The notes below the pieces were generated by a model. It saw only the letters and a list, made by a program, of their open reading frames with translations. It made no database searches and was not told the origin of the DNA. From positions 20,646,001 to 20,710,000 of the forward strand of contig JBHGNT010000009.1 in assembly GCA_043228905.1 (NCBI GenBank): DNA of 64,000 nt, written 5' to 3'. Every line of letters begins with the position of its first letter. Position 1 is the stretch's first letter. Positions 36,950-48,410 of this stretch are shown here, one piece after another. The translations under genes and the position numbers were made by a program. The stretch is from Azolla caroliniana. Its lineage: Eukaryota; Plantae; Polypodiophyta.

Positions 36950-39900
36950 TTAAAGATCATTGAGGGGTTCAGGTTCAGGTCTATTCCCTTCCTCTCTGTC
37001 GGGCATGTACCAAAATCCATCATCCCTTTGAACAAGCCCTTTGTATTGCATTTGCCACCATGACCCTGGTACTAAGTAATCGTCGCTCAAGAACTCCGAA
37101 GACTTGTTGACGAGAGCCACATTTCGGTTTACATCTAGCTTGAATGGTTTGCCAACACCTTGTGTGCCCGCGATCATGTGCAAGTGTGCTTCCAAGTTGT
37201 GCCAATCTCCTGGGGTCTGAAAAGAAAAACCAAGAGCATATATATGATGTTTCTTTGTGAGACTTAGCACAAGCATAGGAGTTAATTCCCACTTTGAGGT
37301 CCAAATAACATTACAAGCTTCTTCTTAGAACTAAGCAAATCATACCTAGCTAGGCATGGTTGAGAAGGTAGCAATGTTAAAAGCACTTTGGAAAGGGAAG
37401 CATTTTCACTATGAATTGTTTCCCCCCTAGATCTTCATGCATACAATTATGTTCCGGTATTGAGCACACATTCCTACTTAATGCATCACTACTTCGAACG
37501 AAAGCCTTACCTTTGACTTCTTTAAGTATGGCGAATCTCGTGAATCGAAGAGGAGTTCATCTCCGACATCTCTATATCCTGTCAACCACCCCGGATACAA
37601 TGTAATTAGATCGATATTGTTCTTCCCTCGGAGCACTCTTACACCATCTAAACTTTCAAACTTCTTTTTGAAGTCGGAATCGCCGACCCCTGGGCACCCG
37701 TGCACGAAGGCAGTTACGAGCACCGGTTCCTTGGCCCCTTCCCTCAGATTGATGCCATTCAGTCCAATGTCGAATGCATTTACGACTGCTAATGCTGCCC
37801 CTAGGCTATGCCCCAATATGGTAATACTCACATCCTCATCTTTGTACTTCTTCAATTGGCATTTCACCTCATTCAATACCTGTAGGTCCATTTCGATAGA
37901 TGAGTGAGAAATCGATCAAGATGTAGGAAGACTGATAGAGATTATTTCTAATGTAAGCATACAATAAGTAAATGGATGATAGATAGCAAAGAGAAAGAGA
38001 GAGAAAGAAGGGTGTGGATCCACTGGACCACCCCCGAACGAAGGGATTGAGACAGACCCGAGCCTTGGATGACATCTCATACAACCACCATGGCATCGAG
38101 AGTATAAAGAAGGGAGGATTACTTTTTATCTGTCGTGTTTAGAATACACGGTACAAACTACCATGGGATAAATTATGGTCATGCCCATAACAAAGAAGAA
38201 GTGATCACAAGACGTCCAAGTATAGTTTTCCACTATGATAATGTAATGTTTAGGGGTTAGGGTTAGGGGCACATGGCACATTCATCCTCGAAAAAGCGAA
38301 ACATTTTGGGGGTTCTACCTGATCTCTTGCACTGCTAGTAACGAATGCTGATTTTTCGTCACTCGAGGTGTAGATGACAAGCCACCCGCGCTCGATCTGG
38401 GGGCGACCGTCTTCTTTTGTCAAGACTGGGGACACCTTGCCATCGGAGTCCTTGGGTAGGAGGGGATCAATGTCCGCCTGCCGGAAGTCGAAATCGTTGA
38501 GCCATTCGAAAGGCCGCATTGTGCCACGCCACACAATCACTATATCTCGCCGCCCCAGAATGTTTTTGCTCGTCTCGTCGGTCGATACCGCGACATACCC
38601 GATCCAATTGGATTCTTTGGACCACGCCTCCCTCGAATACGATTTCATGAACACGAGCCCCGGCATGTCTATTGAGGATGTGGCGTATAGGTACCTCACC
38701 ACTTTGTATTGTGCTTCTCTCCCCTTCACGAGCCCCACTTTCTCGAAGAATTCCTCCTTGGAGAACCTGATTGTATGGGGAATGGAGATGTCCACATTTT
38801 TAGCATGTCAAAAAACATAGCATCGTGAGGTTAACCCTAATCCTTTTCATGGAGATGTTCACATTATCAGAAATCCTCCTTGGGGAACCTGATTGTATGG
38901 GAAATGGAGATGTTCACATTTTAAACATGTCAAAAACATAGCATCATGAGGTTAACCCTAACCCTAATCATGGAGATGTTCACATTATAGCATGTCAAAG
39001 CATAGTATCATGAGGCTAACCCTAAACCTAATCATGGAGATGTTCACATTTTAAACATGTCAAAAACATAGCATCATGAGGTTAACCCTAACCCTAATCA
39101 TGGAGATGTTCACATTATAGCATGTCAAAGCATTGTATCACGAGGTTAACCCTAACCCTAATCATGGAGATGTTCACATTATTAGAAATCCTCCTTGGAG
39201 AACCTGATTGTATGGGAAATGGAGATGTCCACATTATAGCATGTGAAAAATATAGTATCATGAGGCTAACCCTAACCCTAATCATGGAGATGTCCACATT
39301 ATAGCATGTGAAAAATATAACTTATCATGAGGCTAACCCTAATCCTAATCATGGAGATGTTCACATTATAACATGTCAAAGCATAGCATCATGAGGTTAA
39401 CCCTAATCCTAATCATGGAGATGTTGACATTATAGCATGTCAAAATATAGCATGATGAAGTTAACCGAAGTGGCTGTTTTCCTCCGCCGATCACATAGGA
39501 ATCAGAGCTTTGCAATTTGTTTAGACTAATGAATGGATATCTTTTTTATAATAAAAAAACCCTAATCCTAACCCTAATCCTAACAGTTGGCTAACCCTAA
39601 ATGCATTCATACGGAGCCAAGTAATTTTCTGGATGCAGCACCTAAGGGAAATGATCAACATTTAACCAGTTTAAGGGCCGAAAAACAGACTCTATGGGCC
39701 TGCTTGCTGAGAAAAATGGACCCACTGAGTATGTGGTCCTTTTCAACTGCCCACAGAATGGTTTGAAGTACACAAAACAGGTTTTAGGGTCACAAAACAA
39801 TTGCAGGTCTGCGTGTCACAAGAAGATCATGGGCATGGGGAGCAGGGATACACCAGGTTATGGCCAGGTAGCAGAAAAGTTCCAGTGTATACTGCAGAAG

Positions 39901-40191
39901 CACCTGAGATAGAGTGACATGAATGACCCAATTTTGAGGCCATTAGATGGTTTAAAGGAGAAAAACCCTAAAAAAAGCACCATTCTGAGATGAACTCTTA
40001 ATATAAAAAAGCATCAATTTCAGGTTAACCTAATCCACACTCCCTCTGCGTAAACTGCAACGGCATCAAATCATCAGGTTAAACGCTCTACCTACCACAA
40101 TTTCTCTGCAAAAGTGTAAGGGAATCGATCACAGAAGACATCATTATCACATATAATGGTGCAGAGAGGATGGTGATGGTGATGTATGGAT

Positions 40192-40229
<38 letters not shown>

Positions 40230-40849
40230 TACCTGCAAGAACCAGTATACTTGGAGTGCTCATCTGTCTCAAAGGCGTCATAGACAGCTTGGTTGAAATC
40301 ACCATAGAAGAGGATACTCTTCCTGAGCTCAAGGTCAAGTGGATCCAGAAGGCCCTTCCAGTGGTTAAGACCTTGGATTTCTCGCCATCGCTGAGCTAGG
40401 CTGCTACTACTAGAGTCTAAATTCTTATCACCAGATGATCCATCGGTTAATGTAGTACTATCCTGAGCAGTTGTTTGCGTGCCATTACTGATGGTCTCTG
40501 CTTTAAGTTCTGAGGCAGCGATGGTAGCTACTTCAGGTGCGGGATGGGAGAATACAGACTCGATGATTTCTTCCACTTCTTCGAGGATGGATTCTGCAGC
40601 TCCTACGATATTAAAGCTATGATCCTTACCAGAGGATTTGGCAGAGATGTTAAAGGAGGTGCTGGAGGCCATGGCCGAATGGGGGCTGGGGGTGGTCAGT
40701 CGATCTACAGAGGAAGGGGAGAAAGAAGGAGTGGGTGGAAGGGAAGAGAAGCTCTGAGAAATTATGCGGCGATGGAGAGGAAGGAGATGGCGATGAAGCT
40801 GAAGATTAAACTGAAGATTAAGCTGAAGATGAAGATGAGGAAGAGCCAT
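36950..40849 (-). CDS. Phospholipase A1 (class 3 lipase, PLA1-II-like), exons 40849-40233, 38766-38319, 37879-37511, 37216-36950 (566 aa); N-terminus resembles a transit peptide, alternative start at ~40672
   Basis: Motifs WREIQG..HWKGLLDPLD, SCRFSK, ESNWIGYVAV, RRDIVIVWRGT, the GHSLG nucleophile, DLITLYP, HNLEAHLH and NK..EFL.D.YLVPGSWW. GT-AG introns; exons sum to 1701 nt in frame. Confidence 0.9.
37933..38192 (-). mobile_element. Internally deleted solo LTR related to the 57304/63419 chromovirus LTRs, in PLA1 intron 2
   Basis: The reverse complement matches the LTR start (tgttatgggcatgacc vs tgttacgagcatgacc) and the R/U5 part (gtctcaatcccttcgttcgggggtggtc). TG...CA ends; flanks aagac and aagaa. 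Confidence 0.75.
38767..39465. repeat. Satellite of ~61-bp units containing CCCTAA repeats, in PLA1 intron 1
   Basis: catggagatgttcacattatagcatgtcaaagcatag(c/t)atcatgagg(c/t)taaccctaaccctaat repeated about 10 times. Confidence 0.9.
40192..40227. repeat. (GAT)n microsatellite at the start of PLA1 intron 1
   Basis: About 12 atg/gat trinucleotide units beside the exon-1 donor. Confidence 0.9.
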
Positions 40850-40991
40850 GGAATGTGTTTCAGTCAGAGACTCAGAGTGGCCATTTATATAAATTCCAAA
40901 TACTTCTTTCCTCTGCTTCTTCTCCTCCTCCTCCTCCTCCTCCTCCTTCTTCTTCGTAATGGATAAAAAGAAGACTTCTATCCATTACACA

Positions 40992-41266
40992 CATAGTACG
41001 TACCATACGCGAATGTTTAGGGTTTAGGATTTCATTCTCAGCCATCATTCGCGTAAGAAAAACACCCTCAAAGAATGATAAATACCATACTTTTAGTTTA
41101 ACTATTTATTATGAGGTAAATAAGCCTAAAAAATGGGAAAAAAAAAAAACAAAAAGAAATCATTAAAAAATTTGGGAAAAAAACATGAGAATGTTTAAAT
41201 AACATTCTTTTTCCAACGTAGGAAAACGAATGTTATGCTAGACGAACAGGAATTTTACGTACTATG
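40992..41266. mobile_element. MITE-like element, 11-bp TIR CATAGTACGTA
   Basis: catagtacgta (40992) ... tacgtactatg (41266) is a perfect inverted repeat; the interior is similar to 41318-41560. Confidence 0.65.
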
Positions 41267-41317
41267 ATTTAATTTACACATACATACATTTACATTCATG
41301 CATACATACATACATAC

Positions 41318-41560
41318 CATAGTATAGTATGAAGTTTGAACCATACGTACTATACGGACATTCACATTCGAGAATGGTAAACACCCTCGAAGTATGGTAA
41401 AAACCATACTTTTGTATTCATTATTTATTATAAGGTAAAATTTATTTTAAGGCAACAAAGTTAAGGTAAAAATTGTAATAATAATAAAAACATACGCATG
41501 CATTTGAATTCGTATGAAAAAGAATGTTTGCAAATGCATTTGAGTATATTACGTACTATG
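41318..41560. mobile_element. MITE-like element, same family, in a (TACA)n tract
   Basis: catagta...tacgtactatg termini. It shares the cattc.c.....aaacaccctc.aag.atg.taaa..ccatactttt core with the 40992 copy. Confidence 0.6.
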
Positions 41561-42261
41561 CATACATACAAACATACATACATACATAAAATGCATATAT
41601 ACATTTACATTCATACATACATACATTACATGCATGCATACATACATGGATACACATATCCATATGTTGCATACAATGTACTGACAAATGTAAATGTAAT
41701 GAATTCGTGAAATCCTGAAATAGTTATTAAGTGTTGCGAGAACGTTAACTCCTCCTGCCTTTGGCATGTAGCTAGCTCCCTTCACCCATGTAATGTCGAC
41801 AACTTAAATTGTCGTACCAACAATCTAGTGTTTTCCTCATGCACTTAGGATTATTGTATGTTTTCACACGCAACTTGAGAGATACTTATTCACATTTTAA
41901 CATGTCCCTTTACCCATCTAAAAACAATGCTACAATAGTTGTACTAATAAGCAATAATGCAATGTTTTCCACATGCATGACAATACGTTTTCATATATGT
42001 ATCTATATAGATATGTATGTACATATGTATAACAGTATATACATATATAGGGACATACCGACAATAGAGTATTGTTGTGGCAGTTCTATTTTTCGATCAA
42101 GTCAAAAGTCTTTCCTCGGTAGAGTCTTTGTCTTTTGTATTGGTGATTCGACATGTCCCACTACTCATATAGGAGTGACACCACTCATGACACCACTCAA
42201 TTGTGGCACCGTCGTAGTGCTTTTTTAACCCACGTTTATTAATATAGTTGTACTATTCACT

Positions 42262-42295
<34 letters not shown>

Positions 42296-45200
42296 TCATA
42301 GGAGACATTTGCGATATGTGGTATGAGGCCTAGTCCATGGCAATGATCGAGCTTGGCTTCTCTCGCAAATTTATGACTTAGATGCTAGAGACGAGAGATA
42401 TCATTTTTACCAATTATTGCTACATCGTTACTAGCATTGCTAATTTTACACATGATGACCTAGCTTCATTTATCTCTTTTTATGGTTTTGGGGATTGTGT
42501 ATTGTTTTACGATAGACATGGAGTTAAAGTTATACTTGCATAAGTTGAAGGGGGTATTGATTTGGGAAAATTGTATATTAGAGTAGTTGGAGATTCTTTT
42601 GATTGTGGGGTTTTCACATGTAATTAATATAATTGTAATTGTTTACACCAAAAGCGGGCATGATGATGGTGTATGTGAAGTTGGTTCTTGTTTGATTGTT
42701 GCTGGTATACCACAATAAGAACATAGGCTAAAAGGAAAATTGGTTCACCAATTGTTGTAATTGAGTCATGCATACACCTTGTCTAAGGAAAAAGGGTTGC
42801 ATTTATTGTTGGGTACAATGCACTTTGGAGGGTTTTACATTTATATAAGATCTTCACTATTGCATAGGTTTGAGAAGGGTTCATTGTATTGCTGTGTACT
42901 ATGTAGTATTAATATATACATTACTTTTGCAAGGAATAAAGAGAGTCCAATCCCCCATAGTGTAGATTCTAGAAGCATAATATCGTTATAAACAAGTGCC
43001 GAGTTTGAATGTTATTCATGGAAAAAGAGACTCAATGAATAGATGACTATCTTATTAGAAAATTATAAAAGTGGGATAATGCATAAATCGATGTTCTATG
43101 TTTTGCAACTAAAAAGGTAACAATTTTTCCGTACTAGATTGCAAATTTCCTCAAGCCTTTATTCGAGCCTATTTCAACATTTGTATGAAAAGGTGTCTTA
43201 CCAAAGTAAAAACAAATGATATCTATCATAAGTGGGCTTACAAGCATGCACATATGGTAGAGGGCATTATGAGAGAATGGTGAATCATGAAGCTTACAAT
43301 GTGGTGGCAAAATGTGGTAAAGATGGGTTGAGATTCTTTTCATTGAGTTATGTGTCACTAGAAACACTATAGGTATCACTTTATTCGTTACTCTTTGAGT
43401 GATTTGTTGCTATTTTTCCATTTTCATAATTAATATGATTCTCTATTGGAAAAAATGATGGCCATGGCACATTCAACAATGTGTTGTAAACAATTTTTAC
43501 TATCATGTAGCTTATGATAGTGCATATTCAACAATCTACGTTGTGATTTACAATGTTAAATGTTAAATGGCATGCAATACGAAAAGCGGTTCACGTTTTC
43601 TATTTTAACCTATGTTAACGTTTGAGACGTGCATATGCAAAAACATGAGATGTATGTTTAACAATCTATGTGTATTTGACAAAACTACATTTATTTGTTT
43701 GCTTGTTGATGATTTTTTGTTTGGTATGGTCAATTGTGATTCTTTATCTAATCTTCGTCAAACTACTTAAAAAACATGCAAAGTGCAAGAATATGATGTA
43801 TTTACCTTTGAATTCTTCAAAGTGTAAGATACGTCAAAGAAAAGCACAATTTGGATTACAAAATTTGGATGCATGTTACAATATACTTCCAAGCTTTTCT
43901 CGCACATAATCAAGCTTCGATGTTGCAACATGATAAGGGATAGGGAATGGTTGGAGGAACAAAGAAAGCATGACATGGCGACACACTCACTAGCTGCCCA
44001 TGCCAAAAAATGCTTTTCAATAACACTTCAAAGATTGATGAGTTGTCATAGTTGTACTGAATAATTTAGAATTCCCCAAAATTGATGGTTTGCTATGGCA
44101 ATTCAATTTATGTTTTCACGAGAAGGGCTAAAAGTATAGATTTTCTATAAATCCTAGAATGGTATGATTGATTAAATGAAACTTTGGTTGTTGTGTTCTC
44201 ATCAGAAGCAACGTAGTATCCACATAATTTAAGAACGCAAATCTAAACCTCTCGTGGCAAATGTGAATGCAACATAGGCTTAGGAATTGGGAGGGCATTG
44301 GTAGTCCACATGGACATGGACATGATCGTGCATATGGGTACTCTCAACATATGAACATGACAAGATCGTGCACAATGGTAGTATGGACATTTGAATATGA
44401 GGACGCAATGCATGAGTATAAAGGGTCAATCTATGGTCCATGGAACCCTAACGATGTGTCGCATATCCCCGTCCATAATTGGCCAATACAAGTTATAATT
44501 GGAAACGAAAATTGTGTCATATTCCTCTATGCGTACATGTAGCCTAATAATCACCAACTTTCAATCCAACCCCATGCCATCTCATTTACCCACATACAAG
44601 TTAATATGTCATCCACCTCCTCAAGTATCATCTTAGAGAGAGAGAAATAGATTCACGTACATAGAAACTAATCTATTTTTAACATCCATTGAGACATGAT
44701 TTCAATCTATGAGACGGGGCCCGGCTCACAACGAGAATTGGAACTTGGGTTCTCTCAAAATTATGACTGAGAGAGATAGAGATAGTTTTCCTATTTTTGA
44801 GATATTGGCGATTGGTTTTGTATTTGATGGTAGGCATGGAGTCAAAGCATATCTATGAAAGTTGAAGGGAGTACTAATGTGGCAAATTTCGGTGGAGCAA
44901 GTGGAAATTCTTTCATTGGAGGAGTGTTTGTCTTGACTATTGGCAATTCAACATGTTCCACGACCTGCATAATGGTGACCATACTCTAGAGAGAGATTGT
45001 GTGAGATGTGTGTAAAGAGATGCATGAATGAGAGGAAGTCTAAAGAGAGATAGAACATCAATTAATTGTGGTTGAATTATCATTAATTATAGTAATGTAA
45101 TTACTTACCAATTAGTTCAACAATCTTATCTTGTAAGATTTATTTGAGAAATTTATCAAGATTTTTGGACATCTTGTCATTGAAGGACATGCTTGGGCAA

Positions 45201-47129
45201 TGCATGAAGGGGTGTGTTGTGAGTGTGTGCATGAATAAGAGAATAGTTGTGGAAATAATGGTTTAAAAGGTTCAATTCTTGTTCGAAACTTCAATGTTTG
45301 TAGTAAGACTTATAACGGTGATCATGTGGCATAACATCAATTATCATAACAACCCACCAACTCACACTTACTAGAGAAACATAGAATTCACTATACTTAG
45401 ATAAAACACTAAATCAAAATGAGAAAGCAAAGCCTTTAAAAAACACTTATATTCGCCTAAGAAAAGAGGGGTTTCGCTCATAATTAAAAGCAACACACAA
45501 AGGAGAGAGGAACTTGGGAAAATTTTGTGGATAATGTTTGCTAAGAAGGATTTTATTGTAGTTGGGTTAACACTACATTTAATTTGAAACACATAAGGAT
45601 ATCACTCGAGGCAAGTGAAAGAAGTAATATTTTTCTCTGATATTCAAGGAATTGTTGTGATTTGCTAAAGCCAATGGGGAGAGAATTTTGCGCAACTTGG
45701 ATAATACAACTATAATATTCTTAGCTTGGGTAGTCCAATTATGGTATTATTGTCTGGTGATAGTTCTAAGACTTTATTATTTGTAGTAATATCTCAAACC
45801 ATGGAAGATCCAATATGATTATCTTTCCCCTCCTTTACAAAAAAACATAAAACTTGGGAAATATACAATCATAATCACCATCCCCTCTTGATTGAGCATA
45901 TATCAAATGCTCTTTTTGAGAGAGTATGTTTTAGGATCACTTTTACACATAAAATTATCTTCTAGACCCAACGGACTTAATAATTTCAAAATTAACATAG
46001 GCAATTTGATATTATCCTTGGTTAAATGTATATTTCGCAATTTTCCTTCTAGAAAATGGATGCTAAATGCCATGTAAAAGAAAAGACAATGAATTAATGA
46101 ACATGGTCATCTATCTATGTTATATTTTGTATGAGTATAATAGATATTTAGTTAATTTTTGATAATTCATGGGCATTGCAATCTATGGTTCATAGCGTTA
46201 GATTGGGTATCTTAAATTTAAAAAAGCATAATGAGAAAGTGAATGTCTTTATCATTTATCAATAATGGATCCTCATAAATTATAATGGGGTATGCTTGGA
46301 TATGTTTAAAAATTCACAAAACAAAAGTAGTGTGTCTACATCATTGATCAATAATGGATTCCGATAATTTACATCAAGGTAATTGATATATGGTTGGGAC
46401 TCGGGAGCTTAGAGAACTCGACAAAACATGAAAAGTGACTATGCTACATTGACGATTCTTATTTGAACAAGAGTGGATTGCTACATTGACACGGGCCTCG
46501 AAATGAAGATATGAGTAAAAAGAAAATGTGGCCTTTTTTGTTTGGACCTAAGATTTTGCAATATATGAAACTCTCCCACATTGTTCCCATTCATAAGCGG
46601 GGATTTATTTTTTCAAAATTACAACCATTCAAACTCAATTGTTTGGACTTATGTTTTTGTGATAGTGGGAACTCTTCCAAGTTATTCCCATACATAACAA
46701 AGTTTTGGTTCAACAAAAATTACAAGTAATAGAATTATACCGTTTGGACATATGTTTTTGTGATATTGGGAAGTCTTCCAAGTTATTACCATGCATAATT
46801 GCCATGTGGTCTTATAAAATTCTAATAAAAAAGAGCCCTAGTTAGGAAGGAAAATTACATGAAACTATGAAATGGTGACACAAAGTATGACGATATTGTC
46901 TTTGAGTGATTTAAATGAGATGTTTGTGTGTGATGACCATAGTTGGTTCTTTTTTTGTTTTTCCTAAAAAGGAGCTACTTTCCCATTACTTAGGAGAGAT
47001 TTTTACAGAAAGACTACACAAGGTGGTTTATAAGTTATATATAAATTGGGGAATCACCTCCCCGATCGAGTTCAAGAATATGAGACTACATACATATCCT
47101 CTCATACTTTCTACTTAATGTAAGTAGAT

Positions 47130-48410
47130 ACCTAGAGCTATAAACTAGTGACATTCATCGCTAGCCAACATGAGCTTGATCCCTTTGGCCTTCAACGGAG
47201 GGAGGGTGTGAGGTGAGTAGGAAACATCCAGCGTGGGGGTTGGTAATTCCACCTCTAGCCGTTTCCTCCTTGCGTCACCATCGACATGTTCCTTCATTTC
47301 TGCCAAAAGCGTAAACAGGCAATGATCACGTTGTGGAGTGGCCGCAAACCTCGTCCAACTACCCTCATAGGCCGTTGATAATCGTGAACCAAATATCCAT
47401 GATCAATTCCTCGGAGGGGCGTACCAGATCTCGAAAGATCTTTAGGCAACGTGCTTTCTGCACAAACCAATGGGTGAAGCTTGCGATCAACTTCCAAATC
47501 TCCCAGAAACGAGGGGATGTGGTCTTCAAGCCTCTCGTAAATCAAGTCTTGATGAGTTTACCTCTTGTGCATTCACAACACCAACTGCCTGCGTTGACGA
47601 CATCCGTCCAGCTATCAACCAAGGGATTGATCCAGGCCGTTGCGCAATGCCCAATCTTCGACAATGTGACTTTTACCATGAAACGCAGGAGACTACCAAG
47701 CATGCCCTTTGGTCATGTTCCTTGGCTCAACAAGTATGGAATAAAGTTCTTTCGTTATTTTTAACAATCAATGTTGGTTGCCTATTTTCATGGGGATCAG
47801 CAATGTGGGGAGTGTTACATTCCAGTTTGATGTTGTATGAGGCAAACAATGTTCAAGAGGCAATGACGGTACATAATAGAAGATTGAATCTATTGGTCAG
47901 CCCCTTTCAACAACCTCGAAAGCATGTGCGATCTGCCCAGATATGGAAAACAATGACTACAATAACATTATGGGCATTATGGAAATGTCGATGCAACCGA
48001 CGTTATGATGTGACATATCAGTGTCTCTCAGATGTCTTGCATGAGATATGGGAGAACTTGGTGGCAGTAGTCCGCGGCTAGTATGACAACATGTAGGGTT
48101 CACTAGAGACTGTGAACAAGAGAAAGAAGAAGCTCCTTCACTTATGGAAAAAGTTACCCCTATTTTTTGAGTCAACTCAAGGGCCTCTATGGAATTATCA
48201 ACTTCCTTGGACCCTTTCTTGATTAGCAGTGACGCACGACAGAATGCAACAATTGTTTTTTACCTTTTACAAAGTTCTAGCTTTGGTCTTAGGATTATCG
48301 TATATCATTGTACATGAAAATTGTAAGCTTTTGGGCACATAAGCTTAAGTTGTAGCATTCACATGTTTTTCTTAATACTAATGAGGAAAATCTTTGAAAG
48401 AAAGAAAAAA
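47130..48410 (+). mobile_element. 5'-truncated L1-type LINE (zf-RVT / C-terminal region) with A-rich tail
   Basis: C..CD...QETTKHALWSCSLAQQVW and ITLWALWKCRC; A-rich end at ~48397-48410. Confidence 0.7.

Noticed and set aside
15536-39465. Repeat arrays at 15536, 22660 and 38767 as CRISPR-like arrays
   Set aside because: The units are contiguous tandem repeats without unique spacers, the context is eukaryotic, and there are no cas genes.
40088-40338. Poly-Ser and poly-His peptides in the ORF track
   Set aside because: They come from read-through into the intronic (GAT)n microsatellite after the exon-1 donor at 40232.
44267-44542. ORF with an SPHGHGHDRA segment, possibly a transposase relic
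   Set aside because: It is too short and degenerate to assign to any family by eye.
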